A DNA stretch of 64,000 nucleotides from Ptychomitrium polyphyllum (Eukaryota): positions 8,680,001 through 8,744,000 of the forward strand of contig OZ316775.1 of the NCBI GenBank assembly GCA_973851085.1. The letters run 5' to 3'. The translations under genes were made by a program, and so were the position numbers. Under the pieces are notes generated by a model. It worked only from the letters and a program-made list of their open reading frames with translations. It made no database searches and had not been told where the DNA came from. How positions within the stretch are numbered: position 1 is the first letter of the stretch; the number at the start of each line of letters is the position of its first letter. This document shows positions 30,233 through 44,730 of the stretch, piece after piece.

Positions 30233-31245
30233 AAATCCCAAATCAACTCTGTTATGGATCAAGTATGCAATAATTTAGCATCGTTTATAAGATCAACCTG
30301 TGAATGTTGTTACGGTAGCGTGTGAGCTTCTCAGTCCGTGTATGGTATATGTATAGAAATCTTGGCTCAGAGTGGAGACATTATGTAGGTCGGGTGCTGT
30401 AAGCTTGGTGGCGTGTTGGTAATTAGCCTTGAATTATGTATGGTAGTCTGCACCTTGTACAGAAAGAAGTGAAATTATGTCCACGTGGTGCAGTAAAAAG
30501 ATCTCAGCTTTCACACATTGTCAGGAGAGAGTTCTGTGTCTTGGAACTGCTCGTTCCTTGTACTTGGCACGAGAATTTATGTAAATTGACTGGATAGTGT
30601 TCACGATAATACCTATCGAGTCTCCGATAATATGGAATTTCAAGTCATTTGAGGTGCAACGTCTTCTGGTTTGGAATTAATTGCAAATGTAGTACGTGGG
30701 CACATGAATCTAATGCACGCTGTGCTAGACCATGATGAGAAAAAGATGAGAAATTTAGTGCCGCTTTGTGTCCACAAGTGATTTAGAGACTGAGTGTCAT
30801 TGCCGAGCAGTATGGAGAGTAACAAGATTATTATAGAAGTTGGTGAGTTAGAGTTAGATGGTGCACTCATGAAGAGGTTAAGGTTGACTCTCCATCCGCC
30901 GAAGATCTGCATCTTAACAATGAGCCCATTTAACACAAGCAGCTGCTGTCGCCAACAACTACAAATTCTTGGTGTGATTAACCTTTTAGATAAATAACCA
31001 ATTGTTAACAATACTGCAGGTCACCCGGCATATCCCTAAAACCAGAAATTTAGTAAATGAAGTTAGGTGTTCGGCGGCAAGGCTTTCATTAAAAAATTCC
31101 TATCAAGGTCCACGTATGAATCCTACAAATAATCCCAAGGTTTTGCCATTCTTCAACGAATTTTCTTCACCTCACTGCTTCCTCTAGGAACTGTAGTATC
31201 TCTTCTCTTCATTTCAATTCTCAGACTCTTGATACCAGCTACACA

Positions 31246-31792
31246 ATGAAGCTCCATGGAGCAGCAGCTGCTGTATGCTTGGTGGTGTTGCTCGTGGCAT
31301 CGGAGATGGTGGTCATGTCTGAGGCGGCTGGCTGTGATATCTTCCAGATGGTGCCGTGCATGGCAGCGAGCAAGAATGCCAGAGTGAAGCCCTCCAAGCA
31401 GTGTTGCACCAGCGTTACCAACATGGGCAAGGGACTGGCCGGAGCCAACTGCCTGTGCTCTCTGCTCACCCATCCCTTGGCCAAGGCCAACGGAGTGGTG
31501 CCCAGTATTGCCCTTGCCATCCCCAAGAATTGTCGCATTGCTGTCCCTAAGGGATTCGTTTGCCAAGGTAATACATATCACATGATCACACTAAGCAGTT
31601 CCTAGCATAAATGTCAGTGAGTTCAACCAATTGAATCATCTAAATCTGTTAATTACAAACTATAGTTAAACTGTTGTATGATATTGAACTGGATTCTGAT
31701 GTGAGATACTACCAGCTTGTGCTCAGGTGTGTTGTGAAGTTGACTAATATTGTCTGGTGGATTGCACAGGAATCCGAGTGCCTGGAAGCTAA
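31246..31792 (+). CDS. Non-specific lipid transfer protein, type D-like
   Basis: Signal peptide plus 8-Cys motif (C..C..CC..CLC..C..C). Exons 31246-31567 and 31770-31792, with the intron 4 nt after the last Cys codon as in type D nsLTPs. Confidence 0.9.
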
Positions 31793-34190
31793 ATGGATCT
31801 AGTGCAAATCAGTTGCCATGTTGTTAAAACAGCAGATGGTAGTGCTAGGTAGATATTGCAGACCGGGAACCTCTGTTATTGCGGTAGATTCAATATTGTT
31901 CACTACCGCAAGATTGAATCTACATTAATGTTGTCATGTTCTTATGATCTTGTTGAGAATGTTTATGAGTGTGCAAATCCGCTCTCATTATAGACATGAG
32001 GGGGACAGTGGTAGGAAAAGCAGTCCCATTGGTTTGAATTCATATGCATGGGGGAAGAAGAGTAAGTCGAGACTCAAGTAGTTGACAAAGAGCTCTATCA
32101 TAGTGTAGTTACCTTCTATACGATTTAGTAGAGTCACTACTATTTGCATACCAGTTGTTTGCAATTTGTTTGCTCAGAGGTTCTGAAATCTCGTGTTACA
32201 AATCCACCTCTATGGTTCGACTGGACTGTGATAGGTTAGATTTCCTGGCCCCCGAGGATAGAAGCTTCTACAATTTTCTAAGTCTGAAAGGCTTACCCTC
32301 CACCATATCAATTTAGAAACACATTGAGAATTCTAAAAAGTTAGGGAAGTGAGAAGTGGAGTACTATACAACAACACTGACTTGAATTTTTCAACTGCTA
32401 AAGTTTTCGCAGTGTTGCAAGAGTTTAATGTCTCTTTTTTCTTCTGGGTTCTTCTCTTTTCACGGAATGAGCTGTATAAGCACAGCGCAGAGGGTTTGTG
32501 GTGATTTTCTGGCTTGTCATTGAAAGGGATGAGGGCACCATAAGTAGAGGAACAAGGCTGATTCCAAATTTGTAAGAGTATAACTTGGATACGGTTGTTA
32601 ACCAATTCACTCACCCATAATGTAAGATGTAGTATGCAGTATGTAATCACAAAGAGGTCGATGAAGACCGCCACCACATCAAGCGTGCCGTCGCAAACTA
32701 CACTCTTTGTATAATGTAACCTGAAAATACACATTGGCATCGGTATCGGAATCGGAGATCTCACACTGAGAATTATGGTTGGCCAGCTGTAGAAGACAAT
32801 GGCTTAATTTACTCTATGAGCAGCCGGAAACCAGTCCCCGTCTTCGAAAACGGCAGTCTTATTCTGGATATCCTGCAGGAATGGCTGTGCAGACACATCG
32901 CACGAGCTTTGATAAGCCTCCCGGGTCTTACTACGCAGGTGCAGGAATTATTATTTACTTCCTAGTTGAGGTGCAGACCTTTGTAACCAGGCTGCTCTCT
33001 TCTTCTTACGAAAAACCGTCTCTAACAGGATAAAATTTCGTATGCAGACCTAAGGGGATCAGGTATCAGCATCTAGACATCCTGGCTATGGGATGGAACC
33101 CTCGACTCAGTACATGCAGTGATTATCACGGCAGACAATGCCAGAACAGTTCAAAGACTCTGAAAGCCCAAATCTCCAGAGTGGAGACCCTTCAAGAGCC
33201 GTCTCACACTACGCGAACTGTCACGATCCATATTTTATAATATACGCAAAAGAATGATATTGTTCTGAGGGTGACATCATTCTTGGCAAACGCAAATATA
33301 TAGTAGCAGTTATGTTATTTTACTCAACCGTGATTTAAAGCTAGGAAGTCACCAATGTAGACTGAGAAGTTAGAAAGCTAGCGTCGAAAATCGCTTAAGA
33401 GTTCACCATCATCACCGAAAACGGAGCTACAGCATTAACTGCGTCATAGAATTGCCATGCATCGGCGGTCTTTAGCGAAGCAATCACTGTGCACTTTGGT
33501 TTCAACTGAATCACTCCCTAGTTGCTGATGGCGGCTCGGCCGTTCTGTTAAAGAAATTGGGATGAGAGAGGCAGATCCGGGCACTGCCGCCTTCACGGGG
33601 TATACCAAGAAGTACCGCAATAGGAAATGACAGGATGAGGCCGAAGGAGGCGTAGCCATGTGCTATGTAGGTTTCAATTTCTTTCTGGACTTAGATTCGC
33701 AACTTTTCACGTGGATTTCTCGTTTAATGGATGCTTATACCGCAAAACTTTTCAGTGGAGTTACAGTACACATCACCGGAACTCGGTGTAATTGTGGTTC
33801 TAGTGACAGCACGTCTGCTTCTCCAAGGGCTTTTCCAGTGGAGTATCAACTGGGTTTCCTCAAGTCATGGCCGAACGACGTGAAATGTGGAGCCTGTCGA
33901 TCGTACAACGGTGGAGGTGGAATGACTGGATTTCTCGTACTTCGAGATTTTCCAGATATGGCACGCCCTTGATTGTGAAGAAGATTGTGGCGCGAGGTCG
34001 CTAACTGGTCAGAGATAGGCGCGGAAATTTCGCATCATGCTTGTTCCAGAGCTCACTGATGACTATAAAACTCGGGCCAACGTTTGGAATTGTACTTCAA
34101 TCAATCAGCGTCTCTGATATTATATCTAGCTCTCCATCGCTTCAGCGTTGTCGCAGCGAATTGCATTTTTTAACAGAATCCTCGTCTGCG

Positions 34191-34584
34191 ATGCAGAAGC
34201 CGATTGCACCAATAGCTATGGCAAACAGGGCTGGAGGTAGATCAGCAGCGGTGATGGTCATGGCGCTATTGGCAGCCATGCTCATAGTTGGAGAGGCAGA
34301 AGCGGGAAGGCACCGTCGCCACCATCATCACCATGATAGTCCTCCAGCACCTCCCGGCTTCAATGAGCCAATGGCGGCTCCATCGCCGTACTTCCACGGC
34401 GAACTACACGCATCCCCGTGCAGGTAGCCCCAGCGGCTTTCCTTTTGCCGAAGGTCCTGAAGCTGCTGGTCGGGAAGGCTCTCATCCGCGGAGTCTCTCT
34501 GAATCTAACAACTTCGCTGCTTCACCGTTCGCAGATTCGCCATTCGCATCTGCAGAAGGCCCGGCACCGGAATCTAGGTGCTAA
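34191..34584 (+). CDS. Secreted His/Pro/Ala-rich arabinogalactan-protein-like gene, apparently frameshifted near 34400
   Basis: TATA-like TATAAAA ~34064, hydrophobic signal (VMVMALLAAMLIVGEAEA), RHRRHHHHH, AP/SP dipeptides. An AGP-like continuation (SP, AEGP x2) lies in another frame to 34584. Confidence 0.6.
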
Positions 34585-35993
34585 GCGTTGGTCGAAATTA
34601 TCCTCTTACTTCGGCGGCCTTGGGACTCCTCATGTTCCTGCGTCGCATATAGTTTATATTTAGTATAGCTTTTCGTAGACTTAGTGCTGTTTTGTAACAA
34701 AATCTAATCGTGATTTCAACTACGAATAATCACGATGATCTCTGCTTTCTGTCACGAGATGCGGCCAACAGTCAACTCCAAATGAGCACGCCCGACTTTT
34801 GCAATTGGTCTCTAACGTTTGCAATAAACTGGAGTGGAATAATGAGGCAGCATTGCTCAGAAGTGGAGCTGCGAGGATATAGTTATTAGAAGCTGTCAGG
34901 TAGTGCTCCATCGAAAGGAAGCTAGGGTGCAAGAAGCAGAGCACTAAGAAATGATCTTCTTGTTCCAGTTGACGCCTAGTTGACAGTGTCACAGCAACGA
35001 CACATATGTAACTGGTCCTGGCACTTGAAGCCGATTTCAATACGTACTGTACTCGACCCATGCTCGCTCTTCTTCCTTGCGAAGTCTTATCCAACTCAAC
35101 TGCCAGGATACAACACTTGCCACTAAATCCAAGGGTCCAGCCTACCGAAACGCTTTGAGTCAATACTTAAGCCGTATATGCTAGCACGTAATGCAAATAG
35201 TTTGCTTCGCTTCATGCAATATACAATCATGGCAAGATATGCAGCATTGAGTGGAACCTGGGCACGCAGTCATTCTACTTGTGATTCTAACAAATTTCGC
35301 AGCCCAATAACCCTGATGTTAACCCTGTAAGAGAGGGCTCACAGCATTCTTTAATCATCAACTAAAATTTCAGCATGAAATGGTTCCAGGATGCCTGCTG
35401 CTACCGTTAATAAAGAAGGCAGGTGATCACGTAAAAATCAGCAAGCGGTCTAAGTAAGTGGGACGTAGTGGAGGCTCATGTTGCAAACCCTGCACAGAAT
35501 GAACATTCTGAACAAATTACCGTCTATTCCAGCACATACTAATCAAGGGTGTCGATTTTGTGAGTGCAGAAGATGAACTTTCCTTGACCAGCAACTAGAA
35601 TTACTGTGTGAAAATGGTGCAAGAATGTCTCTGCTGCTGGTGTTAGTATTGAAGGCAAGTTACCTTTACCTTCGGCAGTGTAAATTAACAACCAGCTGAC
35701 ATGCACCGGAATTGCATATAATTTGTTTACTAAGAGGTTGTGAAGGTTCATGTTGCAATCTCTCTGGAATATGGTTATTTGAGAGTATATCTTTCATAGA
35801 TGTGAGGAAGCTGGCTGATGTTGTGACATATACTCAGCAGTGTAGGAACTGGAAAAGGTAGGGTGATGAGACACAAGCCGATGATGCGTAATTTGGTCAC
35901 CGCAATCTTGAGTTTGACCTTTCTTTGGAATAGTAACAGCCAGATTAAGCCTCGATCTCATGTCTTAGAGAGTCTCAGCAAATTTAGGCAGTC

Positions 35994-37190
35994 ATGGTAA
36001 GATTGTGTAGTGATTTGCCACCTGAAGTGCTGGAGATTGTGTTGGCATGCCTTCCTGTCCATGTCCTCTTGCCACTTTCGACTGGTTTGCAAGAAATGGA
36101 ATCATCTCGTGACTCAACCTGGATTTGCCTCCCTTGCACCCAACCCCCTCCGCGAGCACCCTACGTCGTTTTTATGCCGAAGTTGATAGACCATGATCCC
36201 TGGAATTTTGCAGACTGAGAATAGCTGGATAGGAAAATTCTGGACATAGTGGAGAATCGGATTTTTACCACAAGCGATTCTTTCATCGCTGATTACCTGT
36301 TTCGAGTTCAACGAACAATCGAATTTCCATGGATTTTGACCCAGATTTTGAGTTCTGGGGATGGTCAAGTTACACATTGGCTGCCGACAGAGGGCTCATC
36401 TATGCCTGGAAAGAAGCGACATATCATACCCGACCCTGTGGCCAGGGAATTTCATCAAATTTCGGAATCCGGCATCGATTTTTCATACGATCAAGACCTT
36501 GTGGTCACAGCAGTAGACAATACTACTCAAAGTTACAGAATCGTCAGCTATGGAGGCTTCTGACAGCTATGGAGTTTATCAGTATGACTCCTCATCCAGG
36601 CGGTGGAGGAAGTTTTGTGAAGTGCCAGGAAAGCATCGTTACTACTCGTGCATCTTTCTGAAAGGCACACTTTACAGTCTGTTTGTGGACTCGTTGGAGG
36701 TTCCTGAGTGCCTGCGTTGTATTCGTGTGATTTAGAGACTGGTGTATGGACCTACATTAACCTTGAACTTCCTGAACCATCCCATCCACAGGAGAAGTCA
36801 CAACTGGTGATGAGCTTTGATCGCTTAGTCTTGGCGGAATTAATTCTGGACTTCCAAGGCAGTTACACTTAATATTAATTCGACTGGTTGGGATCATCTG
36901 CCTGCCAAAACCAGTTCAAAAAAAGCATGTGATTAAGGTGAGAATTTGCTGGCTGAGAAGGAGATGGGGAAGATTGCAGAAACTTCAAGAACTTGAGATG
37001 GACGCTACATCGAACCTACGATGTACGAGGTGATGAAGTGGTGGCACTTGGATTTGGGGCCTTGATAGTCATGTCCTCTTCGGTTGGTCGGCGTGTGGGT
37101 TGGGACTTGTTGAAGAATTGTTAGCATGGGCTACCGACGAACCAGAATCACAGTTGTCCTCGATGTTTGAATTAGGGCTTTTAAGCTGGC
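35994..37190 (+). pseudogene. F-box protein pseudogene
   Basis: F-box start SDLPPEVLEIVLACLP continues after a frameshift as HFRLVCKKWNHLV. Later fragments (LAADRGLI, YQYDSSSRRWRK, IFLKGTLYSL) are split over frames with stops. Confidence 0.8.
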
Positions 37191-37443
37191 CTAGTAAACC
37201 TTTGGAAAGGTTATTGTTAGTTTGACTATTGTTGTGCAATTTGAAGATTTAGAGGTGGGTTTACGAAGAGCAATTCTCTACTTTCTGCCCATGTAAGTTG
37301 CGTATCGAGGTTTATCAGGACTTTTAGGGTGTCAGAAGAAGTACTCTTCGATGAATTCGTCTATGAGATTTTGAGCAGGATAATTCTCCTGTCATCACTA
37401 GGCTTAGTGTTTAGTGACTTATTGGCAATAAGTCCCAGCTTTT

Positions 37444-37970
37444 TCATTGTGAACAGATTACAAATTTCCTTGCCCAGAAACTTGAACCAGGCGAACCATA
37501 CATCTGCATTTCTCTGCTGCATATTCCAGCGAATTTAGTGTTGTTAATTACAGGCTCTGCTGTGTAAGAAATATAGATTCGCTTTATTGAATTCCGAACA
37601 CATAAGTTAGAGTCGAGGTACTGTACGTCATTGATGTATAGTCCATTCCTGTTTCCGCTACTAGACAATCAGTAATTGTTTACCACATTCTCAAAGTTCC
37701 AGTTTGTGGTGTGCCACGTTTTTCACGATCTTCAACAGCCTCCACGCAATGTTCAAATCTGCAACCACAATCTCTGTAGTATCTATAGCCCTGTAATAGA
37801 TCCAACGATTGAAAGAGAAACCCTGTTCGCTGCCATAAAACAAAAATCGACAATGGCTACGAAGTAACGCGAAAGACATGGGGCTGAAAGGGGTCCAGAA
37901 AATACTTTTACAAGGACTACATAGTGCTCACCAAGCAGCCAACTTGTCATCAAACACAGTATTGGTATGG
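37444..37970 (-). pseudogene. Possible remnant of an F-box-associated/kelch-like C-terminal domain
   Basis: Fragments VFDDKLAAW, GFSFNRWIYY..IVVADLNIAW..LEL*ECGKQLLIV* resemble plant F-box C-terminal motifs; in-frame stops. Confidence 0.4.
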
Positions 37971-39013
37971 TCCTCGGTGCTATTGATTGCTAGATGTGGT
38001 TTGTAATCATAAATCATTCGGTGATAAAACGTTGAGGCTAAGATGTACGGTACAGTAAAAACTATTGCCAAGGTTGTGCGTCAATTTTATTCCTTTCTGC
38101 AAAAAATTCATCAAACGAGGAGCAGTATGAGTACAGTAAATACCAGAAAATTGTTCTCATTGTGATCAATCAAATTTGATAGATTGAACTATTCGGAGTT
38201 TTCGTGAAGATTTGGTCAGAAGCAGTTTTAGAGATTCTAATCTCCCAAAGCAAAGAAACTCAGTAGCATTTGATATGAGCTGCTAAATGACGCGGATACA
38301 CCCGAAATAGGTTGCGTAAATTCCCACAGGCATCTAAAATATGGTGGAGAATCAAGAAACAGTGCGGTAGTGTGTAGCATCTAGTGTGTCGTTTTGATTA
38401 GCATCTTGAACAGGGAGAGTCGATGAAAGATACCAAGTGACATGATACACAACATTCTAAACAACAATGAAGTCTTACACTGCACTGAAGACGTCCAGCA
38501 TCAAGCATGACATGTTACAACAGAGACTTATGTATCGAACAGAGGCCAAATCAAACAAACAAAGACCAAGCCACTTATTGACATGCATAGTAAACAATTG
38601 AGAAAGATCTGCAGTGGTATAAGTGACAAAATGCAAGCAAGATGCTAAACATCTTCCAGTCCTAATAACTTACACCAAAAAAATTACAGCAATTTTTCTG
38701 TCTTCAGATTCAAAATAACCAAGGCACAAGCCTCAAAATTACACAAAGCCTTCGGCTCTTATGTGAAGGAATTGTCCTGTCGCCCTTCGCTGAAATCTAA
38801 AATAAATTTCTTAACTTCGTCTTGCTTCCCAGCAGCAAGCAATAAACGCTGCATTAGAGGTCAATGAGAATCTTCACTACCAAGATGACTCTGATCTCGA
38901 CCGATCATCAATATGTACAAGCTAGGAATCCTTCTCTGTAACAATAGACGAGGCAGATCATGTACAAGTAAAATTACATGCTATTCACAAGGAGGCAAGC
39001 TCCAGTGAAGAAG

Positions 39014-39647
39014 CTACAAGTTTGGGTTTACATGGTTGGAGAAGTCCAGAGTGCCAGCCCCTTCAAACCCCATCCACTCTTCCCAATCTTCCCATGAATC
39101 GTCACCCACCCCCATAAAACCTTCCAAGTTATCAGACAAGTCATCCTCAAACTCTCCAAACTGCTGGGTGGAGCAGTTGATCAGTGTCTGCAGAAACACA
39201 AAACAATCCTGTCAATACAAACCTTCGGATGACCTCAAAGTAATATCTTAAGTACACCAAAACAAACCGTCACAAGTATCAATGCATGGGCAAATCAATT
39301 GGTCATGGCTAAGGGAAAGCGACCTGCGTGTTTACCTCATAAGCGTGATTGACTTGCTGAAAGTTTGTGGTGCAGTGATTCCCGTCACAAACATCCGGGT
39401 GATACTTCAGCGCAAGACGGCGGTAAGCTTTCTTGATCTCGTGCTTAGTAGCGCCAGGGTTAACACCTAGAGTCGAATAAGGATCTCTCGTTGCAGCTCC
39501 GGTACCATACGCCATAGCCACCCCGGCTTTCGGCCGGGGACTGGAGCTCGACGCACTCAGACTCCGCGGTGACGACGACATCACATAGTCACCCTGCTGG
39601 AACGGGTTCCTGGCACTGGCAATCGGGATTGCTTTGCTAGTCATCAT
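39014..39647 (-). CDS. Small chloroplast J-domain protein, J8/DJC22-like
   Basis: Exons 39647-39336 and 39187-39014. Ser-rich transit-like N-terminus, J domain with HPD, and C-terminal [21 protein letters not shown] typical of J8. Confidence 0.9.
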
Positions 39648-42116
39648 TGTCGACGAAGTAAAAAGTGAGATACCCCACAAGCGTGTTCAACACTCAATCT
39701 TCTCCTCTCCTTCCACCAGTCGCAACACTCTCCCCAACACGAAACAATCAGAGAACAGCTCCGGAAAAACCACCGAGTAACCGATTGACTATTGAAGAAA
39801 CCACCACCTCTTCCCTTCAATATCAAACGACTAACGTAGAACTCCCACTCTTGAAGTATCGACGAATTAAGTGAACCTTACGTAGAGGCTCTGTACGTGA
39901 TCTTAGACACCCGCAATCTCCAAAACTGCAATCAAAACACGCCGCACTAGAAAACTCTGAACACACTCTGGAGATAGAGATCAGGTGTGAGACTGGTGCC
40001 GCAACCAGAACCAAAAACAAAACCGAAAAATGCAGGCGGAAGCTAGGTTCACAAGAAATCTACAAGTCTAGCAGAGAAAGCTGAAGAACGAGAGTGATGG
40101 ACTCCAGGGCGAGAGAAGGCTGTGTCGGAAAGACATAGCCGGGCGCTCTTCCTATTATATTGCTTGGGGGCCCTCCAGGATAAACCGCATCCTGAGTTCC
40201 AAGCCCAGTTCCAGGTTCGGGTTCAGGTTCGGAGATCATGACGTCGGATTCGGAGCTTAGCACTCGAGTCAGATGAAGTCTGTCAGTTGGATTGAAGTCG
40301 CTTTCTTGCCGTGGAAGTCATTCAACTGACTGTAATGTCCTTCTGGGATGAATTTTGCTGATGGGGCTCAGGAGCCTCGTGCTAATGCTGTAGCCTTTTA
40401 CGGTCCCTCATTACGGTAGGTCACATTCATTTTTTGGTTTGCGCATGTAAGAGCTGCACTTTTTTTCTCCCAGTTGACTGTATGGAGAGTTACGGATGAA
40501 GTTAGTGTGGTTTCTGTTAGTTATACTATTTTGGTTTGTTACAAGGAACTGTATGTTGTTCTGGAGATGAAGTTTGTAGACGAGGCATAGGGTGTTTGTG
40601 CAAATGCCATGGCCTTTAGGTCTCTTTCATTTTATCTTTAGTTTCTATCAGAGCTGCACTTTTTTTTCACCCTTATTATTGTGGGTCCTGGTTGTTGTGC
40701 AAATGTGTGGATTGCTGCAGGCGTCGTTGTTTGTGTATACTGTAGTTGAAAGTGGTCATTGAACACGCCAAAACATGCTTAGGAAAATAGTGCAGGGCCA
40801 TCAATATGGTTGATTATTTTGGGGAATTTTGAATTTTGGGTTTTGTGGAGTATTTTTAACTGTAATGGAGAGTTTGGGCATGGTTTTGTGTCAGTGGATA
40901 AGCTTGTGTTCAGACCAGAAGACTTGCATGAAAACTGGCATGACTACCATAGTACCACAATCTCAATGAAAGTAGGAGGTGGGTTCCCACTTGACATGTG
41001 AGATCAGTGAGCTGGTGGGTCCTTCAAAGAGTGATACCCTCTTGGCCTACAGGTTGCATGATGCCACAAACTGTCCCTAACCTAACCTAGGCATTTTTAT
41101 TTATTATAATCTCCAAGCTTCTTGGTTTCCTTCACAATTCCTGAAAGCAATAGTTCATTCAAACATTCTTGGGTTGTGGGGTCACTTCAATAGCCAAAGA
41201 CACTTTCCACAAATTTAAGGGGATTTGAAGACAAAACTGCATCAACTGATATCACCTAGCACATTCAAATACAGTACATTGTGTGGCATCATGTGGCAAA
41301 TCCTGTGCCACTGGAGGTCCCCACCTTAGTACATGACCTGACTTGTCCTTGCACTTGTATGGATTCACCTGGTACATTCACACTCATCTCCAGAGCACAT
41401 ACAAAACATAAAACAGCAAAAAGTTCGTAGGATTGATTTGTCATACTTAGGCAGTCCTATTGTTTTGTTTTGGCTTTTTTAAATGAGTTTAGGTAATGCT
41501 ATAATGAAGTGTAAACAAATCTTCTTTATTCAATTGTACTTCTATAAAACCCAAATTTTTAATTAAATCATGTTCATATCTCAAGTTGTGTAATAAAGGT
41601 TAAAAGATCTAAACAACTCTCTATGTGTTTTATTTAACATTTTTACATCACTTCCTAGAAATGTGTGCAATTGACACAATTATGGAACACATTTTGTCAA
41701 ACTAGATCAAATTTACTCTCACAACTCAAATTTTTATCCAAATCAACAATAAAAAGTTGCACATCAACTACAAAGCTCAAAAGGTCAAAAACAAGGTGAA
41801 ATTCAAATTTTCACCTTTCAGGCTTGAACATGAATCTGCCTGTCGTCTAGCATAGCCTTATTACTTTGAAACAGGGAGTAACATGAACGGCAGTACTATT
41901 ATCATCAGAGTTTCTTCATCCAAGTTCAACTTTTGGAACGATTATGATATCCATCCCAACTGCTGAATGAAAATTTAAATCTGTTCCACGTTAGATGTGG
42001 ATAAACTTGATCTAATTATAGTGAAACTGCCAAATATGCAGAGGATAAGACTGGATGTGACGGTTATAGAAACACGACGCAGACAAAATTCCCAAACGTG
42101 GCAGATGTTACTATAC

Positions 42117-42169
42117 GTGGCAAGTATTCATCGGAGCAGTGGCAAGTATTCATCGGAGCAGTGGCAAGT
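42117..42169 (+). repeat. 22-bp tandem repeat (GTGGCAAGTATTCATCGGAGCA, 2 full copies plus partial)
   Basis: Exact copies at 42117 and 42139, partial at 42161. Confidence 0.9.
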
Positions 42170-44730
42170 GCAACGGATCTTCCGTTCCAGGATCGGCACT
42201 AAATGGATGTACACAGTGGGGACGTGTTACAATGCTGTTCCCGGAGATATTACAATAGGTTCTGTGGTCTCGAGGTCGTGTGGTGCCAGCACAACGTTTT
42301 GGGGCTCCTTAGGGCCCACCTGTCAGCCTCTAATTGCTTTCCAACATGACATGGTGTTAATTCATTTCCTGTTCTCAAATTTCTGGCTCTTTTGGCTCAA
42401 AGGGAACCTCTAAGCATATGCCTCGGCATTCATTTGAGTCTGGCACGAGGCCGAGTATACTCCTGCTCGTGTTCACACCTGGTGTTGATAGTGTATTCAA
42501 TTGTTTGAAATCAATATTTGACTCTTTAATTCTAGTGGCAACTTTGCAAATAATTAAGGTAAGTCGTTAATAAAGCAAAATAAGCATCATGTTTTGTAAT
42601 TAATTGGTCAGTAAAAGCCAATCAGTCAATTAGAACCATGCAAGATTAAAAAAAACTATAATTGCTGTGTAGATATTGACTATCTACTACATGAAAATTT
42701 TAGGAGCATTTATGATTTGATTTTGTTTTTTAAATTACTTCCACTTCCTTTGATTAAAAATTATATTTATTTTTGAAATAAATGAAAAGAAATTTTCTTT
42801 CATCTTCCTACATATTTTTCAAAGTCTTAAACTAATGGTTTGGTTTTTTTAAGAATGATTCTACATTTAAAACTATTTTAATTTTAGAATATCAAAAAGT
42901 TAGATCTTCATCTATGCAGCAATGTAAACAATTCATTAGAGACTTTTTGATAATTAGAAAGCCTATAGTCAAAGCAAAAAACATACATTTAGCAATGAAA
43001 TAGCAACTTCATTCATGCAAGCATTCAAACAAATATTCAAATTTAAAATGGTAGATGCATTTTCAATTTATTTTTTCAATTGGTTTAACTTTCAAATAAA
43101 TACTATGTTGATTTTTTTAATATATATCAACATAAACATTTATAGAAGAATTCAAAGTTTATTATTTTTTCTATCAATTTAAAATGTTTTAGATTCTATC
43201 TCTATATTGCAACCTTTTGAGACCTTTTGAAATCCTTTATAAGATTTCAACCCTTTGAAACTATTTCAAGAAAAATAAAAGTTTATTCACATAATATAAT
43301 TTTTTTGTTGAATCACCTTAATCTTACAAAAAAAAATTCTTTTGTTATTCATATGTTTATACTTACATTTATATAGACTTATATTTTTCATTTTAAAAAC
43401 TTCATCTACATTATAAACATGTGTTATTCTTCAAAACTTAAAACAATTATAGAACTTTGGTTTAATAACAACTAATATATAAGAATTTTGAATAAAAGAG
43501 ACTTTGGCAATTTGATACCAAATCAAGAATAATTTAAATAACAATTGTGTTATTTTAATATACAATCATCGTTATTGCTAAAATTGCATCAATAATATGA
43601 TAAATTATTTTTTTCTTTTGTTATTAAAATTCATAAGACTATGGAATTATTGGGTAATCTAATTATTATTCAAAACAAATAATATTATGAAATTTTTGTT
43701 TATGCTATTTTGTTATAAGTATACTATTGAGCAATCTTAAGACACGATATACATCCATTGCAATTACATCTTTTCACATTATGAATATTTTTAATACATA
43801 TTCTGGTATCATTTATTAAAAAATTGAGACCTTTCATGTCTTTTTACAATTGACAGTTCTTTCTCTTGCCATAGTTTTTGGTCATTATTATGTTTTGCAT
43901 GTAATTTGTATCTATGATATATTGCACATGATTTGCAATTATTCTTAAATTTTTTACTAATAACTATATATAAATGCATAAACTGTAATTTTTAATAAAT
44001 GATATTTACTTAATTAGATGTTAATTTACATGTTTTTGTTAATATAACATTATATTTATACTTAAATTAGTTAAATCAATATTTTTTCTAAACATAAAAT
44101 AAAATTTTCAAATATTATTCAAATATATTGGTTGGAAGTTAAAACTACTAATTTAAGAAATTAAAAATGTTGATGTAATAATCTTATTGCACATTTTTTA
44201 TATTTTAACTCTTCAAAAAGTAAATTCTTGAATGAAAAAGATTTTTACTAAGTTTGGATTTTTTAATGAGTTGTAAATTGTCAAATTCATGAAAGGATAT
44301 TTCCATTTCATTGGAATTAGACATCATTTTTGGTAACAAAATAAGGATAATGATCAAAATTTGAAGCAATGCTTGTATTGACATGAACGAGTATTTCTAT
44401 AAACTTAGCAATCCAAATCCATTAAAAAATCCAAGTTTAATAAAATCTTATTGATAGTAACACCTTCTACATAAAAAATTAAATGCCTTAAACCCTGGTT
44501 AATAAAAAAAATTAAAACATAAATTCTTATCAAACATATAATATTATTTTCTTTAAAAAAGAGATTATAATCTGAAAAAGGTAGACCATGAATTTTTAAT
44601 CAGTATCATCACAAGATAGCAATAATACAATCCATATATTTGCATGGCTAGGACTTGTGTATTTTTTTAAATGGTCTACATTTTTGAAAAAAAATTCGTA
44701 AAAAAATTCTCAAAATGAAAATTTCCAAAA

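Noticed and set aside
30640..31011. Overlapping ORFs between PP2C and nsLTP
   Set aside because: No motifs or convincing splice structure
31153..31581. 142-aa antisense ORF
   Set aside because: Shadow of the GC-rich nsLTP exon
41997..42413. 138-aa ORF
   Set aside because: Runs through promoter-like sequence and a 22-bp repeat; no protein features
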